Part shown: positions 1 to 7,886 of the stretch, one piece after another | How positions within the stretch are numbered: position 1 is the first letter of the stretch | Layout: each line of letters begins with the position of its first letter | Assembly: GCF_001545095.1 (NCBI RefSeq) | Contig: NZ_CP013213.1 | Location: 1,620,001 to 1,652,000, forward strand | From: Erysipelothrix larvae | GTDB lineage: Bacteria > Bacillota_I > Bacilli_A > Erysipelotrichales > Erysipelotrichaceae | Direction of reading: 5' to 3' | Length of the DNA stretch: 32,000 nt | Notes under the pieces: generated by a model | The model's database searches: none | Seen by the model: the letters and a program-made list of their open reading frames with translations, nothing else | Told to the model about the DNA's origin: nothing | Translations under genes and position numbers: made by a program

Positions 1-1098
1 AACCTCCTTGATTCGTTTAATGATAATATCTAAGTCATTTTTATGCTGAAGGGGTCTTGGATCAAAACTGATCATCCCCTGATTTGCATCATAATTACGT
101 GTGAAGATTTGTGGTGTTCCTTTTTCGAGACGATGGATTATTTCGTGTGCACTTATTCCTAAGATTTGTGCATCAAAGTGAACTTTAGCCCGATATATGT
201 CCCGTCCTGATTCGTCTTTGATTTTTTGCGCATAAACACCGTTGATGGTATTCAGTGTCTCAATGAATGGATCCAAATCATCATAAGATACCTCAAAGTT
301 TTGTGATGAAGTGGTATATTCATAGGCTGCTTGAATCAATCCAAAGATGTTTTCTTTACCAATCTTCATCCCACGTCCAACACCATAGATGTGTTTTCTT
401 AGGTTGATTGCATCATCCTGTGATTGAACCAACACAAAACCTGAAGTGGGTCCCATCAATGCCTTTGAGCCACTATAGATGACATAGTCAATCCCCATTT
501 TCGTAAATGATGTGAAGTCAATTTCCGCTGCACAATCTAGAATTAATGGTTTTTTAAACTGTCGTGCGATGTCAAGCATTTCCTCAAGAGATAGCATATC
601 TTTTTGGACACAGTGTGAGCTTTTTACATACATCAGTGCCGCTGTTTTTTTATTGATACACAGCTCAACATCGCGTTGTGTACACTTATTTGCATAACCT
701 GCTTCAATAACACAACCCCCGCCTGTTTCTATCATGGTTTGTATTGGCGCGCCAAAGTCAACGTTGTGTCCTTTTGGAAGCACGATTTCATGTGGATAAT
801 CCTGCATGCTGGAATCGTGAATCTTTTGAATTTGTGCGTCATGATCTTTACATAAAACCGCCGCTACACTTAAACTGATCCCTGCGGATGCACTTGAGGT
901 AATAACTGCATCGGGTGCATCAAAGAGTGATGCCAAGGTTTCGCCGGAAATTTTGTATAGATCATCCATTAAAAAGTAGTTTGAAGCGCCATAGTTCATG
1001 GCGTCTTTCACACCGTGTGATTGTGTTGAGACTCCTAATTTTGTCATCCGTCCGGATGCATTAATGCACCCATTTATCTTGTCCATTAGATAGACCAT
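1..1098 (-). CDS. SelA-like PLP-dependent enzyme, DgaE-type (putative amino-sugar-acid-phosphate ammonia-lyase); the 3' end runs off the window
   Basis: My own minus-strand translation is open from the ATG at 1098-1096 to the window edge. It is absent from the ORF track because it is truncated. GGAGGT (1105-1110) lies 6 nt upstream, and the ATG overlaps the upstream stop as TAATG. The N-terminus MVYLMDKINGCINASGRMTKLGVS and the motif YSGSKALMGPTSG (PLP-lysine type) resemble the SelA/DgaE family. Confidence 0.75.
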   Translation of the reverse strand, partial: MVYLMDKINGCINASGRMTKLGVSTQSHGVKDAMNYGASNYFLMDDLYKISGETLASLFDAPDAVITSSASAGISLSVAAVLCKDHDAQIQKIHDSSMQDYPHEIVLPKGHNVDFGAPIQTMIETGGGCVIEAGYANKCTQRDVELCINKKTAALMYVKSSHCVQKDMLSLEEMLDIARQFKKPLILDCAAEIDFTSFTKMGIDYVIYSGSKALMGPTSGFVLVQSQDDAINLRKHIYGVGRGMKIGKENIFGLIQAAYEYTTSSQNFEVSYDDLDPFIETLNTINGVYAQKIKDESGRDIYRAKVHFDAQILGISAHEIIHRLEKGTPQIFTRNYDANQGMISFDPRPLQHKNDLDIIIKRIKEV

Positions 1099-2207
1099 TA
1101 GTGTACCTCCGTATATACTCCTGAAATCATACAACCTTTTGGTGTAATTTGTTTGTGGATTTGGATGGATTCATTGTTGGAATCGACTGCAGTTGTATCT
1201 ACAGTTTCCACTTCAAAGAATGTTAGGTGTGCTTTCACACCGTCTTTTAGCATTCCAAACCCTTTAAGTTTCGCATTATTTGCAGCACCCAATGTCACAA
1301 GATGAACCACATTCTCAAGACTATAGCCCATATTTAGAAACTTCGTCATAACACCTGCTAAAGAACCGACCGGTGTTTCAACATTGTACTTATGAATGTC
1401 TGTGCTAATGCTATCGGGTTCAAAATTATTGGACATGGCTTGTTTCGCAATCGTGAAACTAAAGCTATCTTGACCGTGTCCAACATCGTATAGAACCCCT
1501 TCTTTGCGTTTATCAAGCACAAGGTCCTTGATATGCAAACCATCCAAGATATTGTTTGGTTTGCCATGGAAGCAATGGGTTAACACATCGTCTTCACGCA
1601 TTTGTTTGAGCACCTCATGAATGGTAGGTGGGTTGTTTCCAAAGTGAACCATAATGGGACGATTGGTTGTGTTTGACACTGTGTGCGCCTTAAGAAATGG
1701 TGTCACAGTATCTTCGCCCATTACACTACCGGATGCTCGTACTTTGATGCCCACTACAAAATCATCATAGGCTTGAATCTTCGCAATTGTCGCATCAATA
1801 TCTACATTGTCAGGATCCTTCAGTTCAAAACGATCAATGAGTCCTGATTTCGCAATGTTGATCCATGCTTTCACAATTGTTTGTTTGTCTTTTACTTGAT
1901 TGTAGAATGTATCAATTGTATCCGATCCACTGGATCCTGCATCAATGACACAAACGACACCTGTTTTTACTCCGATACGGTCTGCTTCCACTCCTAAGTC
2001 TGTCGTATCTTGGAAACAATGCACATGGATATCAATCCAACCAGGGCTGACATAGCCCCCTTTTGCATCGATCACTGTGTCGAAATCTGTACATGGTTCT
2101 TGTGTGATGGATTCAATGACATCATCCTTCACAAGTATGTTTACTTGACACTTATGAAGTGGATGTGTTTGATCCACAAGAACACAGTTTGTGATGAGTG
2201 TGCGCAT
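1098..2207 (-). CDS. Amidohydrolase/deacetylase-family metallohydrolase (EF_0837/AHA_3915-like)
   Basis: 369-aa ORF with the HxH metal motif (WIDIHVHCF) near the N-terminus and a dihydroorotase/NagA-like length and layout. The start ATG overlaps the upstream stop (TAATG, 2205-2209). Confidence 0.8.
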   Translation of the reverse strand: MRTLITNCVLVDQTHPLHKCQVNILVKDDVIESITQEPCTDFDTVIDAKGGYVSPGWIDIHVHCFQDTTDLGVEADRIGVKTGVVCVIDAGSSGSDTIDTFYNQVKDKQTIVKAWINIAKSGLIDRFELKDPDNVDIDATIAKIQAYDDFVVGIKVRASGSVMGEDTVTPFLKAHTVSNTTNRPIMVHFGNNPPTIHEVLKQMREDDVLTHCFHGKPNNILDGLHIKDLVLDKRKEGVLYDVGHGQDSFSFTIAKQAMSNNFEPDSISTDIHKYNVETPVGSLAGVMTKFLNMGYSLENVVHLVTLGAANNAKLKGFGMLKDGVKAHLTFFEVETVDTTAVDSNNESIQIHKQITPKGCMISGVYTEVH

Positions 2208-2869
2208 TAGCTTACAACAGGGAGTGGAATACCAACGAGTACATTGAATGCAGCCATAATAATCGCACCTAAGATTGCACCCCCAACAATTGGTTTGTGA
2301 ATCTTATAGAAGACCAGTGAACCAATGACAGAGCCAATCCCAATAAATGGTCCATAGGCAACTGCACTCAGGATTACAAGAGGCCCTAATGCGTCTCCGG
2401 TTTTATTTCCAGCACCGATCATGATTGAAGTTGCTGTTCCTAAGGAGTTTGTGGGTGTAAACTTACGAATCAAAATAATGAGTGCACCAATACTCCCGCC
2501 AATCACAAACCCAGATAAGATTGCGAGGATAAAACTATCAATTAAAAATCCCATATTAGAAGTCAGTAAGATTGCTGGAATCCCAACACCAATACCGGTC
2601 ATTAAGGATCCCCCAATATCTAAAATTCCGACAAGTGGCCCTTCAAGAATGCGGGCAATCAGAAATGCAGAAGAGAATGCGAGTGCAGCATCATAGGCAC
2701 CTGTACTCTTTCCTTGATCTAAAAACTCCGCAATATAGATCTCGTTTGTGAGTCCTACGCCATGTGTTAAATACATACTTGTAGCCCCAACAACACCAGC
2801 TGATGCCAGTGCGAGCAGTAAAATAAAGGCGATATCTTTTTCTAAGAATGCTTCAAATTTTTCTTTCAT
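2207..2869 (-). CDS. Polytopic membrane protein, DUF4310-like (EF_0833-type)
   Basis: 220-aa ORF, extremely Gly/Ile/Ala/Leu-rich, with about 6 hydrophobic spans. SD AAAGGAGA lies about 9 nt upstream. The family name is assigned from memory of gene order and composition, not by search. Confidence 0.65.
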   Translation of the reverse strand: MKEKFEAFLEKDIAFILLLALASAGVVGATSMYLTHGVGLTNEIYIAEFLDQGKSTGAYDAALAFSSAFLIARILEGPLVGILDIGGSLMTGIGVGIPAILLTSNMGFLIDSFILAILSGFVIGGSIGALIILIRKFTPTNSLGTATSIMIGAGNKTGDALGPLVILSAVAYGPFIGIGSVIGSLVFYKIHKPIVGGAILGAIIMAAFNVLVGIPLPVVS

Positions 2870-2886
2870 ACAGTGGGTCTCCTTTC

Positions 2887-3609
2887 TTAAAATAGACCAA
2901 GAATTGTCTTATGGAAGCCACGGAAGTACGCAATCATACAAATCATAATCACGATAACTGCAAGCATGAGTCTGAATGATTTGTCTTTCGTTCCTTTTTC
3001 TTGCGCTAAGGTTCCTGCAAGAATTCCAAAGATTATACCCGGTAGAGAGTTTCCAGATATCATCTGCATAACACCTGCAAGGACAAGTGCATAAGCACCA
3101 ACAGTTTGTCCAGCATCAAGTGCTGCCCATAGAAAGATCAGTGGCATCACGATGTTAATCATGTTGGTGGATGCAGGGGCCAAAATATTCCCCGCTACTT
3201 CCGCAATATTCTTGGGTACAAGACCTGATGCAGTTGTTAAGAAAACAAAGACACTGGCACCAATTATTGCACCAACAATAAGATTTGAACTGATGGTTTT
3301 CGTGTAGTCCTTTTTCTTATTTAAGTTGATAACAGCTGCAGTCCAGTTTGGAATCACACGGTGTAAGATATCTTGTGTTAATGCCCCTGTTCCGATTGCT
3401 GAAGCAGCAGAAGTAATAAAGAATCCAAGACCAAAGGAGAAGTGTGAAACAGAGTCTCCATTACATGCATTCATTTCTCCTAATGTTCTAAATGCTCCCA
3501 TCCCTTGTATTTCAGGGGCTCTAAACATACGTGCAGCACCCGCAGCGATTGCGCCACCTGATAGTGCACCGACGATAATTGCTTTTATAATAATTTCAAA
3601 CTCTATCAT
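2887..3609 (-). CDS. Polytopic membrane protein, DUF4311-like (EF_0832-type)
   Basis: 240-aa Gly/Ala/Ile-rich ORF with multiple hydrophobic spans. Its ATG directly abuts the TAA of the upstream gene, and its SD (AGGAGG) is embedded in the last codons (I-G-G-E) of that gene. Confidence 0.65.
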   Translation of the reverse strand: MIEFEIIIKAIIVGALSGGAIAAGAARMFRAPEIQGMGAFRTLGEMNACNGDSVSHFSFGLGFFITSAASAIGTGALTQDILHRVIPNWTAAVINLNKKKDYTKTISSNLIVGAIIGASVFVFLTTASGLVPKNIAEVAGNILAPASTNMINIVMPLIFLWAALDAGQTVGAYALVLAGVMQMISGNSLPGIIFGILAGTLAQEKGTKDKSFRLMLAVIVIMICMIAYFRGFHKTILGLF

Positions 3610-3903
3610 TTACTCGCCTCCTATATTTAAGTATTTGACTGTTAAGTGAATGTTCAATTCAAGTGCGTATGAATCCACAATCCGTTTAAAAAAGAAATAT
3701 AAGAACGCTTCCTTCGCTTGCGTTTTTTGAATGTTCTTAACTTCAATTGCATCAGCACTCACACTGATAATTGGATCTTTAATCAGCGTTTGCAGTTCAA
3801 GGCGCATTGACTTAAACGCATCTTCAACAGCACTGTGTTGGGATGCTCCATGTCCTTTGACATGCATCACTAAGTGATCTTCAACAAGATGATTATGAGT
3901 CAT
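3610..3903 (-). CDS. Small soluble protein, DUF4312-like (EF_0831-type)
   Basis: 97-aa ORF with no hydrophobic span. It overlaps the upstream SFCGS gene by 11 nt and has no strong SD, so translational coupling is likely. The family call rests on position in the conserved cluster. Confidence 0.55.
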   Translation of the reverse strand: MTHNHLVEDHLVMHVKGHGASQHSAVEDAFKSMRLELQTLIKDPIISVSADAIEVKNIQKTQAKEAFLYFFFKRIVDSYALELNIHLTVKYLNIGGE

Positions 3904-4255
3904 TTCGTTTGATCCAAGCTTTCGCTAAATCACTTCCTAAAGATTCAGTATCCATAAATCCAAAGCCCAATACTTCGACGCCTTCATTGATTGCGGTAAC
4001 GCCTGCTTCATTGGTTCTTAAGTGATGTTTTGCTTTGTAACCATATTTGTTACTTGCAGTAATTGCTCCAGCTCCCCCTGACCCACAAAATGAGATACCA
4101 AAGTCAGCGTTGTGTTCCTTCATTGCATCGCCAAGCTTCATGTCTGCTGCCATTCCTTCAACTACAATAGCAGTTCCCCCAGCATCTTCAATGCCTTTGG
4201 CAGTATTTTGACCTTTTCCCATACGGTGTCCAATAACTACGATTGGTCGTTTCAT
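3893..4255 (-). CDS. SFCGS-family glycine-rich protein (EF_0830-type)
   Basis: 120-aa ORF containing the literal motif G-I-S-F-C-G-S-G-G-A-G. The SFCGS codons sit at 4079-4093, with Cys TGT at 4085-4087. An ATGA overlaps the upstream PRD gene. Confidence 0.8.
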   Translation of the reverse strand: MKRPIVVIGHRMGKGQNTAKGIEDAGGTAIVVEGMAADMKLGDAMKEHNADFGISFCGSGGAGAITASNKYGYKAKHHLRTNEAGVTAINEGVEVLGFGFMDTESLGSDLAKAWIKRNDS

Positions 4256-4602
4256 TTGTCCACCTCCTTTCTATTTTTCGCAAAGTAAATCGCAAATAAA
4301 TACGTTTCAAAATCTGTAATATCATAGTCCTTAAGCAGTTTGTGTGTCTTAAATAATTCTTTTGACACATCAATACACTCCTGAGGAATTTCTCCTGTAT
4401 CTTCAAACTCAAGATCATTTTGTGCGTGATTGTATACACGCTCTACAAGTGATAAATAATGATTCCAAAACAAGATATCATCGAGGATTTCTTGATTGAA
4501 GTTCAAGGTTTCAATTGCATCTTCCATCGTTTTGATTTCTTGATGCAAGGTGTCAATATTCGCGAAATATTGTCTTAACTCTTCGTGTAAGGTCTGTTTC
4601 AT
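4252..4602 (-). CDS. Stand-alone PRD-domain protein (EF_0829-type), no DNA-binding domain
   Basis: 116-aa acidic ORF that looks helical, with ATGA overlaps on both sides (4599-4602 and 4252-4255). Its position and size match the small PRD protein of this conserved cluster. Confidence 0.6.
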   Translation of the reverse strand: MKQTLHEELRQYFANIDTLHQEIKTMEDAIETLNFNQEILDDILFWNHYLSLVERVYNHAQNDLEFEDTGEIPQECIDVSKELFKTHKLLKDYDITDFETYLFAIYFAKNRKEVDK

Positions 4603-6485
4603 TGTCCGTCTTTCCTTTCAATAATATAATCAAAAAAACTCATTCGTTCTTGGATATTTAAAAGCACGCCCAGTTCTTGTTCAATCAAATCAAAGACTTG
4701 TTCAAATTGAATATAGACAACGTTGTGATTGGTTTCAATGTCATCCAGTGCTTTCATAACAAACGCGTCATGGACTTCTTTTGATTCGATCCAACGGGGT
4801 ATAGCGAGGATACAGTGAATTAAGATGCCCAGTATTTTTTGATCGTTGACTCCATATTTTTCATCCAATGACATTAATACATCCAAAATATTCAAGATTA
4901 CCGATGAGAGTTTTTCAACGCTGATATAGGTATTTGCATTGGAAGCTTGAAATTGCTTCTCAAGAAATTCGCCCAAGCTTTGTTTGGATGTATTTGGCAT
5001 CACACGCGATACAATGCCATAATTCAATAGGCGTTGAATTTGCTCGATATCTTTAATATTTAAGAGCTGGGTTACATGAATCACCGGAATCGAAATGTCT
5101 TTGACAGGAATGGTAGAGATGATAAAGTCAGCATCTTGATACCGTTTCTTATTCAACATTTGATTGATGGTTAAGGTTCCCAAAACTTCAATTTGGGGAA
5201 ATACATGCTTAATCCGTGTTTCAAGAAGTTTGGATACCCCTCGACTTGAAGCACAGGCAACATACACCTTTGGATGGTTTAATTCCGGTTTTTTCAACCA
5301 GTTCTTGTAAAGATAAATTGCGATAAAACTGAGTTCATCTTCACTGACTGCATACGCATAGGGTGATTTTTGAATCACGTTTTCATTAATCCGTTTTGCC
5401 AGTTCAAATTGTTCTGCATGCTGTTGTTTAACTTGGTTAAGCAGTGGATTAAAGTCTTTGGCTAATACGACGCGCTGTCTTTTGATTGAACCGTTGATAT
5501 GCTTGCGCAAGTCATCAGCAAGCGGTAGTGGGTCAATTGGATAATTATGGTGGATCAGATACTCAATAATCTCATCCACTAAGATATGACTCACATGCGA
5601 CGTATTCCCTTCTTCACTAATTACCACAATCCCCTCATCAACAAGAAACGAAATAAACCCCCATACTTCTGATTCCTCATGACATGTCGTAAATAAGTGT
5701 TCAAAAAGAAACTCACAATAGTGACGTTCTGATTTAAATGCAACGTGATCGAATGTTTGTGAACCGTTATCTCTAAATCCTAAATTGATCCGAATCTCAA
5801 GTGTTATAATTGCTGAGATTAGTTTCATAAATGAGTGTTGGCTTAGCCACACATGAAATTGATGATTCACACGGTCTAGGATTAAAATAATCACTTTGAA
5901 TCGCTCTGGGCTGACTTGTTGTTTAATCTGCTTTGGCAACACATCATAATAGTCCAAAAGATTGTAGTGCGTGCTGATGGTTTCCATGATCTTCTCAGTC
6001 ATCAAGATGCGCAGTTGATGTTCCAATCCCACAATCATATATCCCATATTACTGGCCTCAATCACACACCCTGATGCCTTAATGTCTTCATTAATCTCAT
6101 GGACACATTTTGAGGTTGATGATTCACTGATGTATACACTGTGAGCAAGTTGGGTTAAACTTAGGGGTCTTCGCTGAACAAGTAAGGTTAATATAATCGT
6201 ATTTTTACGAAAGGTTCGCTCATCAATTTCTTCTTCGGATAGGTCAAAAGCGAAGATTGAAGAGAGTTTTGACTTGTCACGGTTTAACACCGTATACCCA
6301 ACCCCACTTTTCACAATCAGTTCAACATCAATTTCAGCCAAGATCTCTTTAACTTGTGCCATATCATATCGAATCGTACGAAGGCTCACATTCAATGACG
6401 AACACAACATTTCAGTACTGATCGGTGTGACTGAATAGTAGAGCTTCTTAATAATGTTCATATGTCTTTTCTTGATGGTGCGCAT
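4599..6485 (-). CDS. BglG/MtlR-class PRD-containing transcriptional regulator with an EIIB(type 2)-like domain
   Basis: 628-aa ORF. It has an N-terminal wHTH-like segment (LCSSLNVSLRTIRYDMAQVKEIL) and PRD-like segments. An EIIB-2-like segment reads HPKVYVACASSRGVSKLLETRIKHVFPQIEV...DADFIISTIPV. A C-terminal PRD-like stretch reads ILGILIHCILAIPRW. SD GAGG lies about 9 nt upstream of the ATG at 6485. Confidence 0.8.
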   Translation of the reverse strand: MRTIKKRHMNIIKKLYYSVTPISTEMLCSSLNVSLRTIRYDMAQVKEILAEIDVELIVKSGVGYTVLNRDKSKLSSIFAFDLSEEEIDERTFRKNTIILTLLVQRRPLSLTQLAHSVYISESSTSKCVHEINEDIKASGCVIEASNMGYMIVGLEHQLRILMTEKIMETISTHYNLLDYYDVLPKQIKQQVSPERFKVIILILDRVNHQFHVWLSQHSFMKLISAIITLEIRINLGFRDNGSQTFDHVAFKSERHYCEFLFEHLFTTCHEESEVWGFISFLVDEGIVVISEEGNTSHVSHILVDEIIEYLIHHNYPIDPLPLADDLRKHINGSIKRQRVVLAKDFNPLLNQVKQQHAEQFELAKRINENVIQKSPYAYAVSEDELSFIAIYLYKNWLKKPELNHPKVYVACASSRGVSKLLETRIKHVFPQIEVLGTLTINQMLNKKRYQDADFIISTIPVKDISIPVIHVTQLLNIKDIEQIQRLLNYGIVSRVMPNTSKQSLGEFLEKQFQASNANTYISVEKLSSVILNILDVLMSLDEKYGVNDQKILGILIHCILAIPRWIESKEVHDAFVMKALDDIETNHNVVYIQFEQVFDLIEQELGVLLNIQERMSFFDYIIERKDGQ

Positions 6486-6618
6486 ACAGATTACCTCTTC
6501 TATAGTGTATCAACCCAAACATTACGTGCATTTCTTTAGTTTGCACTTTACTAAATATAAGGTGCAAAAATTCTTTGAATTGATGCATTTTTTAAATTCT
6601 TACATCATTTATGGTGAC

Positions 6619-6647
6619 ATTATACCAACCACACAGTAAGAATATAA
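6619..6647 (-). promoter_or_regulatory. Candidate sigmaA promoter of the PRD-regulator operon (extended -10)
   Basis: The minus strand reads TGgTATAAT (plus 6619-6627), with a weak -35 TTATAT 17 nt upstream (plus 6642-6647). This would give a leader of about 125 nt. It is a pattern match only. Confidence 0.3.
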
Positions 6648-6810
6648 TGATAAAAATAGTTAGGGTAAAAGGTGCATTTATAGAGAATTAAATCAAATGT
6701 ATGATTGGCTTTTATTTAAGCATATTCAGTGCGTTTTCAACGCCTTGATTCAATGAATCTGTTGTGTAATTCTAATAATTTATGGGTAAAACCTGGTCTT
6801 ATAAGCAAAA

Positions 6811-6850
6811 TAAAAACAGATGTTTTTTTATAACATCTGCCAATTTTTTT
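6811..6850 (-). terminator. Intrinsic terminator downstream of the DUF1835-like gene
   Basis: Stem CAGATGTT (6817-6824) pairs with AACATCTG (6832-6839). It is flanked by an A-run and a T-run. On the minus strand the hairpin is followed by TTTTTATTTT. Confidence 0.6.
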
Positions 6851-6957
6851 AGATTTCATAGAATGTCTTGAATGGTTTGCATGCATTATGTTGACTTTAT
6901 CTATGATTACGCTAAAAATACCAAATCATGCCATTCATCATCCCCTACTATGTGAGG

Positions 6958-7752
6958 TTAAACTAATTCAATGATATCCATAAACGGTGAGTCATCAAAG
7001 GATACTTGAGCCTGTTTTTGAACAAGGCGAAACGTATGGGTTTCAAGATGATGTTGAATCCGATGAAAGAGCCAAACATCACGAATTCCTGGCATTTCAT
7101 TTCCAATTATGCGACCTATCAATTCTGCAATCGCAAACGGTCCTTCTGGTGTCCATTTATCAATTAAAAAATCATAGAAATCATCCCTTACAGACATCAA
7201 CATCCCATTGATAATCACTCTGAGGTTCGCATTTTCAGCTGCGAGTGTTTCCCACTGTTGCGCCATGACTTCTTTTGTCGATTCATTCAGTATTTCAGTG
7301 TGTCCGATCATATCATCAATTGATTCAACATTCACTTCGCGCCATGAACCATACGTAACATTATATTTTACATTGGTTTCAAGTCGATTAACTCTGAGTG
7401 TGTAGGATTGGTTTTGTAATACATAACAAAGATGATACAGACCACACCAAGTTTCTGGCGTATTATCCACCCATACTTGTAAGAGATCGTGCTGTCGGAT
7501 GTGTTTGAAGAGTTTTTCTCGCCCCTTAATGCGATCTGAAAACATTGCCTCTACATCTTCATCAGTGAATGAATAAATTGAAAAGAGTTCTTTGAGGCTA
7601 TTGAGTCGTTGGTTTGAATCAAATGTTTCGCTAATATCGCCTAAGTCTAAGAAATGTCCCAGTCCAATAATGTTCTCTGGATCTTTATTTGCATTTCGTG
7701 TTTTTATGGCAAGCGAAGCATGAAAACTATCATTAAATACAATATCTAACAT
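6958..7752 (-). CDS. DUF1835-like protein (uncharacterized)
   Basis: The ORF-track frame is 6958..7758 and starts at a GTG. The SD GGAGG (plus 7760-7764) is only 1 nt from that GTG but 7 nt from the in-frame ATG at 7752. That ATG gives MLDIVFNDSFHASL, which resembles the N-termini of DUF1835 proteins as I recall them. Confidence 0.5.
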   Translation of the reverse strand: MLDIVFNDSFHASLAIKTRNANKDPENIIGLGHFLDLGDISETFDSNQRLNSLKELFSIYSFTDEDVEAMFSDRIKGREKLFKHIRQHDLLQVWVDNTPETWCGLYHLCYVLQNQSYTLRVNRLETNVKYNVTYGSWREVNVESIDDMIGHTEILNESTKEVMAQQWETLAAENANLRVIINGMLMSVRDDFYDFLIDKWTPEGPFAIAELIGRIIGNEMPGIRDVWLFHRIQHHLETHTFRLVQKQAQVSFDDSPFMDIIELV

Positions 7753-7856
7753 GTCCACCCCTCCTTTGTCTCATTATATCATATGAGCACACGCAATATA
7801 ATAGGAGCTTAACAATCCGTTAAGCCCTTACAGGTTATGAGCACAAGTGATCCAAC

Positions 7857-7881
7857 AAAAAAAGGGTGAGCCCCTTTTTTT
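7857..7881 (-). terminator. Intrinsic terminator after the first HAD gene
   Basis: The sequence is A7-GGG-TGAG-CCCC-T7, a short GC stem with flanking A/T runs. It begins 6 nt after the TAG at 7887-7889. Confidence 0.55.
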
Positions 7882-7886
7882 CGTTT

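Noticed and set aside
2421-3649. Plus-strand ORFs of 91 aa (2421-2696) and 107 aa (3326-3649), antisense to the two membrane-protein genes
   Set aside because: They lie entirely inside well-supported minus-strand genes and have no SD. Their Pro/Ile/Ala-rich, low-complexity translations are what the reverse complement of Gly/Ile/Ala-rich codons produces.
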